Sequence record: PV611058.1
Strand: one strand, 5' to 3'
DNA length: 64,000 nt
In this document: one piece after another, positions 7,467 through 16,980 of the stretch
Layout: each line of letters begins with the position of its first letter
How positions within the stretch are numbered: position 1 is the first letter of the stretch
The notes under the pieces: generated by a model
Database searches by the model: none
Seen by the model: only the letters and a program-made list of their open reading frames with translations
What the model was told of the DNA's origin: nothing
Translations under genes and position numbers: made by a program

Positions 7467-9722
7467 ATGGCAGATTTACAAAGTTCTGTTGATAATTTTA
7501 AAAATGATATTTCAAACATCACAAGTTCTGCAAAGGCAGCAAAAGAAACTGCAACAAGTACTATTGAAAGCTTAAAAGCAACTGCTAATACTTTGCAAAA
7601 TGATCTTGAAAAAGTAAAAAACAATTTTAAAGCTAAGGTTAGTAACGTACAGTCTTTACCAAAGCAAAGTGCAAGCGTTGACCAAGTGTATGAAGACTTG
7701 GATCTAAGTGAGTTTGTTATTCCTTATGACAATAAATTGTTAAAGTATGACAATCCAACTTGGCACTTTTCCCTTTTCGCATTAGACAAGGATGATTTCA
7801 AAAACTTCTGGCTTTACCCAGATGCTGAAGTTCAACGTCATGTCATCTCTGAAAGTGGTGTAACTGGAAAGTATAATATCACAAGTGTTCAGATGACGCA
7901 AGCTGGTCCTTCAACTCCAGGGATGACAACCAACTATTGCTTCAACACAGCAGTACTGAACCTTTCAGAAAACAATAGTATGAGTTTATATGATGAACTA
8001 ATTTCTTTAAGTAATAAACTAAGGTATCATAAGTTCATGGACTTACCTTTGATATTAGAATTGAAATTTATTGGATTCAATACTAATGGTGTACCTGAAA
8101 CTATACCAGAAACAACTCGTAGATGGTCCGTGAAGATTAACAGTGTTACCGCTAGTGCATCACAAAGTGGTAGTACTATGATGTATTCTATGAGTCTTGT
8201 TCATAACCGTGCGGCTCTAGTGGATAATGTGGAATGGACTCTTAAAGAACCATTTACCTGCACAGCAGAAAACTTTGGTGATTTTTGTTTTGATTTGGAA
8301 GATAAATTGAATCAAATGGCAGACCAGCAATATGGTTATTTGCGTTATAAATTTGGTGAGTTAGCAGAAGGGAAGTTCTTTGAATTCAAAGTTGCACCAG
8401 ATTTACAGGATTTGTTTATAAACTATGATTCTAAACAGATGGCAGAAGCTGGAGCTACAAAAAGTGGTGCACAGGGTTCTAAAAACTTTTCATGGAATCC
8501 AAGTACTCCAATTTCTCGAATTATCGATGACGTAATAGATACCTGTACTGTACAGGCTGATGATAGTACTAGTGTTCGTCAATTTGTTAATATAATCCCA
8601 CTTAAACAGTATGTTGGATTTGATAATTACCGAAACACGTCAGTTTATAAAGTTGTTTTCTATATAGTTCGTTTTAAAATTGGTGATATTGTTCATGAAT
8701 CCGATTTACAGCCAGAAAACTTTACATTTGAGTATTTCTTTGAAAATGCCGAGAAATATGTAGACCCAAATGACCAAAAACCAAAGATTAACATGAAAAC
8801 TTACAATTATCAGTTTAGTGGACTCAATAGTGAGATTCTAGACCTTGATTTGAAGTTTGATCAGCAATTCTTTGTAGCTACAACTCGTAACCCTGGTCCA
8901 ATACAGGACGTTGCGAACCATGCTGGTACACACACATCACAAGAATTGAATATCCAAGGTGTTCAGTACAACAGTATACCAGATGCGTGGGCAAAAACAA
9001 GTGATTTACGCGTCACACGTGATCTTGGTGGTATATTAACACAGGCACAAGAGCAACTTTTAAATCGAGTAGAAACTTTAGCAAGAGAACAAATGCAGGT
9101 TGGTAATGCTGAAGAACAGGATCGTTATAATAACTATCAAGTAAACGTTCTACCACAGTATATTGAAGATTATGTAACCACATATGAAGAAAATGACGGT
9201 GGAACCGATGGAATTGGTCATCGATATGGTGAAGTATTCACAATGCCAACTGAAGCAACCAATAATGAAACAACATTATCTGCATCATTGAACGATAACA
9301 GTAGTACATATGAAATGGACCGCCGTAAAATTCGTGACAACTATTACAATCGTCCATTCTTGTGTAAATTGGATATGCGTGTAGTTGGTGACCCATATTG
9401 GTTAGGTTGGAGTGATTATTCATATATCCAATATCTTGAACAGGTAATTAATGGAGAAGATATGGAAATTAATCCAGAAGATTACCATGTAGCAAACTAC
9501 ATTACATCTGAAGCATATCTTTTATTGAAATTACAACCTGTAGTTTCTATAAATGATAACACTGGTGTTCTTGATATTAATACCCCAACTACATTTAACC
9601 AAACTGTTTATCGTGTAAACAAAATTGTTCATGATTTTGGTGCAGGTGGATCATTTACACAACAAATTCAGGCTGCAATTGTAATTCGTGCACTCAAACG
9701 TCACGATAGTATAATTGAATAA
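7467..9722 (+). CDS. Baseplate hub protein (gp27/gpD-like)
   Basis: C-terminal MRVVGDPYWLG and YRVNKIVHDF..GSFTQ motifs. Lies between gp53 and gp5. Confidence 0.65.
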   Translation: MADLQSSVDNFKNDISNITSSAKAAKETATSTIESLKATANTLQNDLEKVKNNFKAKVSNVQSLPKQSASVDQVYEDLDLSEFVIPYDNKLLKYDNPTWHFSLFALDKDDFKNFWLYPDAEVQRHVISESGVTGKYNITSVQMTQAGPSTPGMTTNYCFNTAVLNLSENNSMSLYDELISLSNKLRYHKFMDLPLILELKFIGFNTNGVPETIPETTRRWSVKINSVTASASQSGSTMMYSMSLVHNRAALVDNVEWTLKEPFTCTAENFGDFCFDLEDKLNQMADQQYGYLRYKFGELAEGKFFEFKVAPDLQDLFINYDSKQMAEAGATKSGAQGSKNFSWNPSTPISRIIDDVIDTCTVQADDSTSVRQFVNIIPLKQYVGFDNYRNTSVYKVVFYIVRFKIGDIVHESDLQPENFTFEYFFENAEKYVDPNDQKPKINMKTYNYQFSGLNSEILDLDLKFDQQFFVATTRNPGPIQDVANHAGTHTSQELNIQGVQYNSIPDAWAKTSDLRVTRDLGGILTQAQEQLLNRVETLAREQMQVGNAEEQDRYNNYQVNVLPQYIEDYVTTYEENDGGTDGIGHRYGEVFTMPTEATNNETTLSASLNDNSSTYEMDRRKIRDNYYNRPFLCKLDMRVVGDPYWLGWSDYSYIQYLEQVINGEDMEINPEDYHVANYITSEAYLLLKLQPVVSINDNTGVLDINTPTTFNQTVYRVNKIVHDFGAGGSFTQQIQAAIVIRALKRHDSIIE

Positions 9723-9735
9723 GGAATAATTTAAG

Positions 9736-12399
9736 ATGGCAGATACAAGTAAGAAATATGCCCAACAACAGTTGGGTCGTTTTGACCCTTCGTACCCACA
9801 ACTAGCAACTGTGATGGATAACCGTGACCCAACTAAATCCGGTAAGCTAAAAGTGTGGATTCAAGGTTCACAAAGTGATAAAAATTCAAAAGAGTCATGG
9901 ATTGAAGCATCATACATGTCTCCATTCGCTGGCAAAACTCCAGGGATACCAAGTGCTGATGCTTATGGTCAATATCCAAAGGGATATGGTTTTTGGGCGG
10001 TTCCACCTGATGTCGGATGTACTGTTGTTGTTATATTTGCACAAGCAAGAACATTCCAAGCGTATTGGATTGGTTGTGTTTATGACCAACGTATGAATAC
10101 GATGGTTCCTGGGATGGCTACTGAAATAAGCAACTATGCTGGTACTGATATGCCATTACCCGTAACTGATTATGACCGTAATACAATTTCTACCAGTACT
10201 CAAGACAAATATGCAAACGTTCCAATTATTGCAGGTCTGAAAAAACAAAACTTACTTTATGATGAGGAAGCGGGTGTTGCTAACCGTAGCAGTACTCGCC
10301 AGACCACCAGTACTGTTTATGGTCTTTCCTCACCTCGTGGTAACAGTTTTATTATTGATGATGGTTACACAGAAGAAGAATTAACAGCACCTACATGGGA
10401 TCAAGATCCAGATGGTTATCAGGATACCCAATTCAATAACCCAGTGAACGATACTCGTGTTGGTTCTCGTAAAAATGAAGGCGTTGTAATTAAAACACGT
10501 AGTGGTGCACAGTTGTTGTTATCTGAAGCCTCTGGTGATGTTCTTTTAATTAACCGTGATGGTACTGCACGTATTAAATTCACTGGTGAAGGTGATATTG
10601 AAATGCACTGTGATAAGAATATTAACATTCGTGCAGGTCAAGATATTAACATGGTTGCTGGACGCTCATATAATATTGAAAGTGGAGCAGACTTCAATGC
10701 TCGTGTTGGTGCAAACACTAAACTAGATTTGGTTGGTGCATTGGATGCTAAAGTTGGTGGTCAGGTTGTTATTAACGCTGGAGCAGATTTACGTTTAGTA
10801 ACAGCAGCTTCATTGCGTATGCAAAGTGGTAGCAGTACTGATATAACTGCTGGTTCTAATGCGTCAATCTCTGCTGCTACCAGTGCTAATCTTATTGGTT
10901 CTTCATCAGCTATTATTAGTGGTGGTGGTCAAACTCTTACTGTTAACAGTGGTGGTAATAGTGGTACTGCTGAATTTAATGCACCAAACTTCCGCACCCC
11001 ATCTGCTGGCTTGAATGATCATATACATGATATATCGGCTTGGGTTGATGCAGAGAATCACGGCAGTACTGTTGAACCTCCACGTCAAGGTGGTGGTAGT
11101 GGGAATAGTGAATCCCCAGTTCAACCTGAACCTGCTAATGATGTAGCTCCAACTTTAGCTCCAGTACAGGACACTGAAGCAATTCAATATGTAAATTATA
11201 CAACAGAAACAGAACAAGTTCAAACACAAGATTTAATGACTTCTGATCCTGGTATGACTGGTTATAGCATTACTTATGAAGGTCTTCATATGTTCATGCC
11301 GTGTAGTGGAACCATTCGCCAATACGGTTATTGGGGGAAAGGTGTCCCGACTAGTGGTGGTGGTAAAGCTGATAGAAGTGGCTGGGAAATACAGTGCAAG
11401 GGTGATGTTGTAGCTCCAGATGGCGGTGTAGTTGTTATCACTAATGGTGCTTTATTGGTTCAACATAAGTCTGGATATAAATCTGTATTTTATAATATTC
11501 AATCAGATTTGCTCAATAAAGACGTTGTTCAAAAAGGTCAAGTTATCGGTAAAGCTAATGGTGTTATTCAATTTGAAATAAGAGTAACCTCTGCCAACGT
11601 ACTAGGATTTAGTGGTTCAGTTGACCCTGGATTATTCTACGCATCGCAGACTGGTACAGGTTCTGAAGCGGGAAATAAAACATTAATTGCAGGACAAGCA
11701 ACGAACCAAGCAGCACCGAAAGCTGTTGTTCAACCTTCTGTTGATAGTGATGAATTAGTTGTAACAACTAAAATTAAAACTATCGGTACTGGGTATTCTC
11801 AACGTGGTTCTCGTCATGTTCCTCGTCGTAGAAGAACACAACGTTCAGGTGGTACTCCAGCACCTACTGCACAAGAATCATACAATGTGGGTAATGTTGA
11901 TAAGACTGCAATTGATTGGAAAGTTGTTCCAGGTGATTCACAATTTATTTCTGAATTGAAAGAATATGAAGGAACAATGGCGTATCAACAAGCTAAAGGA
12001 TATTACCGCAATGGTAAATTCTGGAGATATTTGGACAGTCGTGGGTTCCCAACCATCGGATACGGACACTTGATCGTTAATGGGGAAAACTTCTCTGGTG
12101 GTATTACTGAACAGGAAGCCAATGATATGTTGGTTCGTGATAGTAGTAAGGCTATATATGATGCTAAATCAATCTACGCTTCTTATAAGATGAAAACACC
12201 TTACATGGCACAACAAGTTCTATGTCAAATGGTATTCCAGATGGGTAAAGGTGGTGTAATGAAATTTAAGATGATGCTATCTGAAATGGCAAAAGGTAAC
12301 TACAAGCAAGCTGCTGCTCAAATTCGAAATTCAGCTTGGTATCGTCAAACTACACGCCGTGCTGAATTAATGGCACGTAGATTAGAGGCATGTCAATAA
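9736..12399 (+). CDS. gp5: Baseplate central spike with C-terminal M23-like and T4-lysozyme domains
   Basis: OB-fold motifs (DPTKSGKLKVWI, GFWAVPPDVG), beta-helix repeats, HxH tip, degenerate M23 fold, and a GH24 domain (EG..D..TIGYGHL). Confidence 0.85.
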   Translation: MADTSKKYAQQQLGRFDPSYPQLATVMDNRDPTKSGKLKVWIQGSQSDKNSKESWIEASYMSPFAGKTPGIPSADAYGQYPKGYGFWAVPPDVGCTVVVIFAQARTFQAYWIGCVYDQRMNTMVPGMATEISNYAGTDMPLPVTDYDRNTISTSTQDKYANVPIIAGLKKQNLLYDEEAGVANRSSTRQTTSTVYGLSSPRGNSFIIDDGYTEEELTAPTWDQDPDGYQDTQFNNPVNDTRVGSRKNEGVVIKTRSGAQLLLSEASGDVLLINRDGTARIKFTGEGDIEMHCDKNINIRAGQDINMVAGRSYNIESGADFNARVGANTKLDLVGALDAKVGGQVVINAGADLRLVTAASLRMQSGSSTDITAGSNASISAATSANLIGSSSAIISGGGQTLTVNSGGNSGTAEFNAPNFRTPSAGLNDHIHDISAWVDAENHGSTVEPPRQGGGSGNSESPVQPEPANDVAPTLAPVQDTEAIQYVNYTTETEQVQTQDLMTSDPGMTGYSITYEGLHMFMPCSGTIRQYGYWGKGVPTSGGGKADRSGWEIQCKGDVVAPDGGVVVITNGALLVQHKSGYKSVFYNIQSDLLNKDVVQKGQVIGKANGVIQFEIRVTSANVLGFSGSVDPGLFYASQTGTGSEAGNKTLIAGQATNQAAPKAVVQPSVDSDELVVTTKIKTIGTGYSQRGSRHVPRRRRTQRSGGTPAPTAQESYNVGNVDKTAIDWKVVPGDSQFISELKEYEGTMAYQQAKGYYRNGKFWRYLDSRGFPTIGYGHLIVNGENFSGGITEQEANDMLVRDSSKAIYDAKSIYASYKMKTPYMAQQVLCQMVFQMGKGGVMKFKMMLSEMAKGNYKQAAAQIRNSAWYRQTTRRAELMARRLEACQ

Positions 12400-12411
12400 A
12401 TATTTCAGTAC

Positions 12412-12419
12412 TATAAATA
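12412..12419 (+). promoter_or_regulatory. T4 late promoter TATAAATA
   Basis: Exact consensus upstream of the stand-alone lysozyme. Confidence 0.75.
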
Positions 12420-12436
12420 ATAATGAGGAAATCTTT

Positions 12437-12925
12437 ATGAGTAAATGGGAAATCAAAAATACCGACGAACAATTTTTTAAAGAAATTAAAGAATTTGAAG
12501 GTACTATTGCGTATCAGAAAAAACTTGGTTATTTTAAAAATGATAAGTTTTGGGTATATAAAGACAGTCTAGGTCTTGATACCATTGGTTACGGTCACCT
12601 TGTACTTAAGGGTGAAAGTTTCAAAAATGGACTCACTGAAGCAGAAGCTGATGCTCTCCTTATAAAAGATGCTCAGACCGCTTACAATGACGCAAAATCA
12701 ATCTATGATCAATTTGGAATGACTGCTCCAGTACAGGTTCAGCGTGTATTGTGGTTTATGGTGTTCCAAATGGGTAAATCAAAAGTTTTAAATTTCAAAA
12801 AAGCGATGGCTGCTCTCGGTCGTGGTGATTATAAAACTGCTGGTAAAGAAATGCGTGATAGTTCGTGGTACAAACAAACCACATCCAGAGCGGAGAAGAT
12901 GGCTCGCATCGTCGAATCCGTATAA
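12437..12925 (+). CDS. T4-type (GH24) lysozyme, paralogue of the gp5 C-terminal domain
   Basis: EG...YKDSLGLDTIGYGHL and MVFQMG..V..FKK..A...GDY..A..EM.DS.WY.QT..RA motifs. Confidence 0.9.
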   Translation: MSKWEIKNTDEQFFKEIKEFEGTIAYQKKLGYFKNDKFWVYKDSLGLDTIGYGHLVLKGESFKNGLTEAEADALLIKDAQTAYNDAKSIYDQFGMTAPVQVQRVLWFMVFQMGKSKVLNFKKAMAALGRGDYKTAGKEMRDSSWYKQTTSRAEKMARIVESV

Positions 12926-12940
12926 TAAAGGAAACACATA

Positions 12941-13336
12941 ATGGCAATTGTTTTTAAAGGTTTTTCAACTCCAGTAGTTGGAAGAACTGAAACATTGTAT
13001 GACAGTGAATTGGTTCGTCAGGATTTAATGAATCATTTCAATACAAAAAAAGGTGAACGTGCATTTGATGCTGATTATGGGTTCATTGCGTGGGATTTGC
13101 TATTTGAATTGGATGGTTATAATACAATCAACCTTTTGGAAGCAGATGCCCGTAGAATTATTAGCTTGGACCCACGTTTAAGCTTAAAGAAACTTCAAAT
13201 ATCAAGAATTGAGTACGGTTATCAGATGGATATAGTACTTGAATATGTTGTTCTCAATACTCTTGAAGAATTAACTATAGTTTTTGATGCAAGAAGTAAC
13301 AACAGAATGGCTACCTATTCTGTATCATCTTTGTAA
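12941..13336 (+). CDS. gp25: Baseplate wedge subunit
   Basis: Motif DL.NHF.TKKGER.FD.DYG...LLFE..D.RRII..DPR. Confidence 0.9.
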   Translation: MAIVFKGFSTPVVGRTETLYDSELVRQDLMNHFNTKKGERAFDADYGFIAWDLLFELDGYNTINLLEADARRIISLDPRLSLKKLQISRIEYGYQMDIVLEYVVLNTLEELTIVFDARSNNRMATYSVSSL

Positions 13337-13341
13337 ATTAT

Positions 13342-13371
13342 AAAAGCACTCTTCGGGGTGCTTTTCTTTTT
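13342..13371 (+). terminator. Intrinsic terminator with UUCG tetraloop
   Basis: AAAAGCACTC-TTCG-GGGTGCTTTT followed by a T run. Confidence 0.85.
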
Positions 13372-13372
13372 G

Positions 13373-13380
13373 GATAAATA
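13373..13380 (+). promoter_or_regulatory. Late promoter variant GATAAATA
   Basis: One mismatch to TATAAATA, just after a terminator and upstream of gp6. Confidence 0.5.
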
Positions 13381-13438
13381 TTTCTATATATAATTCCCAG
13401 TACTGAACTAGTACTTTACTGATTTAAAGGAATAAATT

Positions 13439-16400
13439 ATGTCACAACAAAAAAGGCAATCAAATTTATACGCTGGTGAAGATTGGACTCAAGTATATGA
13501 AAGCTTTTATAAGATCAATCTAACAGCTTATGACTTTGATACAATCCGTCAAAGTATGATTGACTATCTACGTGCTACGTACCCAGATTCTTTCAACGAC
13601 TGGATCGAAAACGACCAGTTCATCTTTATTCTAGATACCATTTCTATGCTAGGACAGAACTTAGCATTCCGTATGGATTTAAACACTCGCGAGAACTTCC
13701 TAGATACTGCTACTCGTCGTGCATCAGTACTGAAACTCGCAAAAATGATTTCTTACTCTCCACGCCGTTCATATCCAGGTCGTGCAGTTGCTAAATTAAC
13801 AGAAATAAAAACCAATCAAGACGTTCGTAATAGTTTTAACGAATCACTTAAGGATAAAATCATTCGTTGGAATGACCCAATGGACACAAACTGGTATGAG
13901 AACTTCATTCTAGTTATGAACAGTTCATTTGTCAGTACTAACCAGTTTGGTAATCCGGTTAAACGTATCGATATCAATGGTGTTTCTCGTCAGCTATATC
14001 GTATGAATACAATTCCAATGTCAGCACCAAGTCTTCCATTCACAGCTACAGTTAATGGTGAATCGATGACATTTGAAGTTGTCAACCCTGATATTACAGC
14101 AGTTGGTGTTGAAGAGCGTCACCCTGAACCACAAGAGCAAAAATATATCGTTTATCAGAATGATGGTAACGGATTTAGTTCTCCAAATACTGGTTTCTTC
14201 GTTTATTTTGTTCAAGGGACATTGACATACCAAGATTACCAATATAATATTCGTGAAGAAAACCGTATTCAAGACATCAACGTAGATAATATCAACGAAA
14301 CTGATGTTTGGGTTCAGGAAATCAACGAAGATGGTATTGTACGTACTAAATGGACCAAAGTTCCATCTATGGAAAGTATCGCATACAATACTGTTAACCG
14401 TCAACTAAAAACAATCTTTGCTGTCACAACTCGTGATAAAGACCAGATTACTATTAAGTATCCTGATTCTCGTAGTGGTGTTGTTCCTCGTGGGACATAT
14501 CGTGTATGGTATCGTGTTAGTAATGGTGAAACATACAACATTAAAACGTCTGAAATCCAGAACAAAAGTGTAAAATACACCTATAGAACCAAAACACAAT
14601 CAAGCTACGAATCCAGTACTTTGGATATTCGTTTCACATTGCAATATGAATCAGATCGTGCACAAAGTGCAGAAACAATTGAACAAATTAAGGCTCGTGC
14701 TCCACAAATGTATTACACTCAAAACCGTTTTGTTAACGGCGAAGACTATAACATTGCTCCGTTGAGTTTGGGTAACACAGTTCTTAAATCTAAAGCAATT
14801 AACCGTTTATATAGTGGACAGTCACGATTCATTGATATTAATGACCCAACTGGTAAGTATCAAAACACTGATGTGTTTAGTGATGATGGTTCAATGTATC
14901 AAGAAAACACACAATTTAATAAATCTTTACAATTACCAACTACCAAAACAAATGCTAGTATTGTAATTGATAATATTCAGCCATTAATTGGTGAGAATGC
15001 TGTAATCCAACGTTATCAAGCATATCCACCGAATACAATTGGTATTGAAATTCAACAAAAATGGACACCTGAATACAATTCTAATTACGCAACTAATACG
15101 TATGGTCGTATTATGGGGGCAACAGGTAACGTATTCGGAAATTATCAAGTTGGTACGTTGATTAAGTTTTCAAATGCCGGGACTACTGTGTGGGCTAGTA
15201 TTGTTAGTGTTCTTGATAATGGATATTACGTTCTAAGTACTTCAGTTTCATCAAATATGCAAGCACAAGAGTACATTTTACAATACAGAACACGTTTTAA
15301 TAGTGTCGAAGTGCAAGCAATCGCTGCAATGCTTGATAAAAAGACAGATTTTGTTATTATTCATGATAAAGAAACAACTTCTTGGATTCCATTAGAAATC
15401 AGTACTGATGAAGATACTATTTCTTATAATGGAAATGAAGTTCTTGTTATGATTAACATCAAATATACTGCTGAAACATGGGAATTTGATGCGAATGGCG
15501 TTGAATATGTGTTCGTTGGTGGTGATAAAGTTCGTTTTTACTTCGTTTCTTCTAAAAAGATAACTGATATTAGTACTGGTAGTGTTCAAAGTGACAAAAT
15601 TGAAATTTTATCATCAAATACCACAAGCAATAGTAATGCTGGGTTAACAAGTAACATTGATTTCCAAATTTATGATACAATTCAACAAGAAAACGGTTAT
15701 CTTGATGGATCTCGTGTGATTATCACCTCTGAAAATGTTGATAGTAATGGCATCCCACTAGAACCTAATCAATTTAGAGAAATTGTACCTAATTGGACTG
15801 GTGAAGATGCAGTTAAATATGGTGGTATATTGGTTTTCCAAGAAAATGATGACTTCACTATATCAGTACTGTCATTACCGAGCGATACTTTCACTATTCT
15901 TGATTCTTCATGGGCTTATACAATGGATCAGGCACTTGCAGAAACTAATGCGTATAAGAGAAGTGAATTTGTTCGCAACAATGCTATTCGCTCAACAACA
16001 TTGAGTGGTATCTATAGTAAAGGTTCAGGCTTTATGGTTGGCTTTAAATACGATGGTAAATATTACTTCATAGAACAAACTGTTGGTAATAATAATGACC
16101 GTTTAAACCAATTAATTGAGAACTTGACCTATTCTGATGATACAACTGCTGCAACTCCTGAACTTGCGTTTTATCGTGCTATTGTTAATATCGGTACTAA
16201 TGCTGATGTTAACCAGAAGTTAGATTATTATGGTTATAAAGATGTAACTTCACAATATACCGTAAAAACGAATGCAAGAACTGGTATTGACTTCCACTGG
16301 AAACATTATGCACCAGATGATAATCGCATTGACCCAAGTAGAACAAACTTGATTGACATGTATGTATTAACCAATTCATACAAAACTGAAGTTGATGTAT

Positions 16401-16900
16401 GGTTGAAGAATGGAACACAAGGTAATATTCCTAAACCGCCGACATCTGTTGAATTGAAAGACATTTTTAAAGAAGTTGAACAAAAAATAGTCATCAGTGA
16501 CAGTATTATTTGGCATAGTGCAGAATATCTACCATTATTTGGTGCGAGTGCTGCTGAAGATTATAAAGCAGATTTCAAAGTTGTAAAATTGCCTAACAGT
16601 ACAATGAGTGATGATGAAATTCGTCAAAATGTAGTAGCACTAACTAACGAGTATTTTAATGTTGATAACTGGGACTTTGGTGAAAGTTTTTATTACACAG
16701 ACTTGTGTACATACATTCATTCTCAATTAGGACGACATATTAGTACTATTGTTATCGTAGCTCAAAACCCTAACTCTAAATTTGGTTCACTATTTGAAAT
16801 ACCTTCACGTTCTGACCAGATTTTCTTAAGTACTGCATCAGTTGATAACGTACAGATAGTCAATTCCTTGGCTAAGAGTAACATTAACATTGGTTCATAA
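13439..16900 (+). CDS. gp6: Baseplate wedge subunit (large)
   Basis: AYDFDTIRQSMIDYLR, RENFLDTATRRASVLKLAK.ISY.P and QNRFVNGEDY motifs. Confidence 0.88.
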   Translation: MSQQKRQSNLYAGEDWTQVYESFYKINLTAYDFDTIRQSMIDYLRATYPDSFNDWIENDQFIFILDTISMLGQNLAFRMDLNTRENFLDTATRRASVLKLAKMISYSPRRSYPGRAVAKLTEIKTNQDVRNSFNESLKDKIIRWNDPMDTNWYENFILVMNSSFVSTNQFGNPVKRIDINGVSRQLYRMNTIPMSAPSLPFTATVNGESMTFEVVNPDITAVGVEERHPEPQEQKYIVYQNDGNGFSSPNTGFFVYFVQGTLTYQDYQYNIREENRIQDINVDNINETDVWVQEINEDGIVRTKWTKVPSMESIAYNTVNRQLKTIFAVTTRDKDQITIKYPDSRSGVVPRGTYRVWYRVSNGETYNIKTSEIQNKSVKYTYRTKTQSSYESSTLDIRFTLQYESDRAQSAETIEQIKARAPQMYYTQNRFVNGEDYNIAPLSLGNTVLKSKAINRLYSGQSRFIDINDPTGKYQNTDVFSDDGSMYQENTQFNKSLQLPTTKTNASIVIDNIQPLIGENAVIQRYQAYPPNTIGIEIQQKWTPEYNSNYATNTYGRIMGATGNVFGNYQVGTLIKFSNAGTTVWASIVSVLDNGYYVLSTSVSSNMQAQEYILQYRTRFNSVEVQAIAAMLDKKTDFVIIHDKETTSWIPLEISTDEDTISYNGNEVLVMINIKYTAETWEFDANGVEYVFVGGDKVRFYFVSSKKITDISTGSVQSDKIEILSSNTTSNSNAGLTSNIDFQIYDTIQQENGYLDGSRVIITSENVDSNGIPLEPNQFREIVPNWTGEDAVKYGGILVFQENDDFTISVLSLPSDTFTILDSSWAYTMDQALAETNAYKRSEFVRNNAIRSTTLSGIYSKGSGFMVGFKYDGKYYFIEQTVGNNNDRLNQLIENLTYSDDTTAATPELAFYRAIVNIGTNADVNQKLDYYGYKDVTSQYTVKTNARTGIDFHWKHYAPDDNRIDPSRTNLIDMYVLTNSYKTEVDVWLKNGTQGNIPKPPTSVELKDIFKEVEQKIVISDSIIWHSAEYLPLFGASAAEDYKADFKVVKLPNSTMSDDEIRQNVVALTNEYFNVDNWDFGESFYYTDLCTYIHSQLGRHISTIVIVAQNPNSKFGSLFEIPSRSDQIFLSTASVDNVQIVNSLAKSNINIGS

Positions 16901-16906
16901 CACATT

Positions 16907-16932
16907 AAGGCGTTCTTCGGAACGTCTTTTTT
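16907..16932 (+). terminator. Intrinsic terminator with UUCG tetraloop
   Basis: AAGGCGTTC-TTCG-GAACGTCTT followed by a T run. Confidence 0.85.
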
Positions 16933-16936
16933 ATAT

Positions 16937-16944
16937 CATAAATA
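16937..16944 (+). promoter_or_regulatory. Late promoter variant CATAAATA
   Basis: Lies directly after a terminator and upstream of the giant wedge gene. Confidence 0.5.
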
Positions 16945-16980
16945 AATCAAATGAATGAACGAATTATATGGAGTCCAAAA

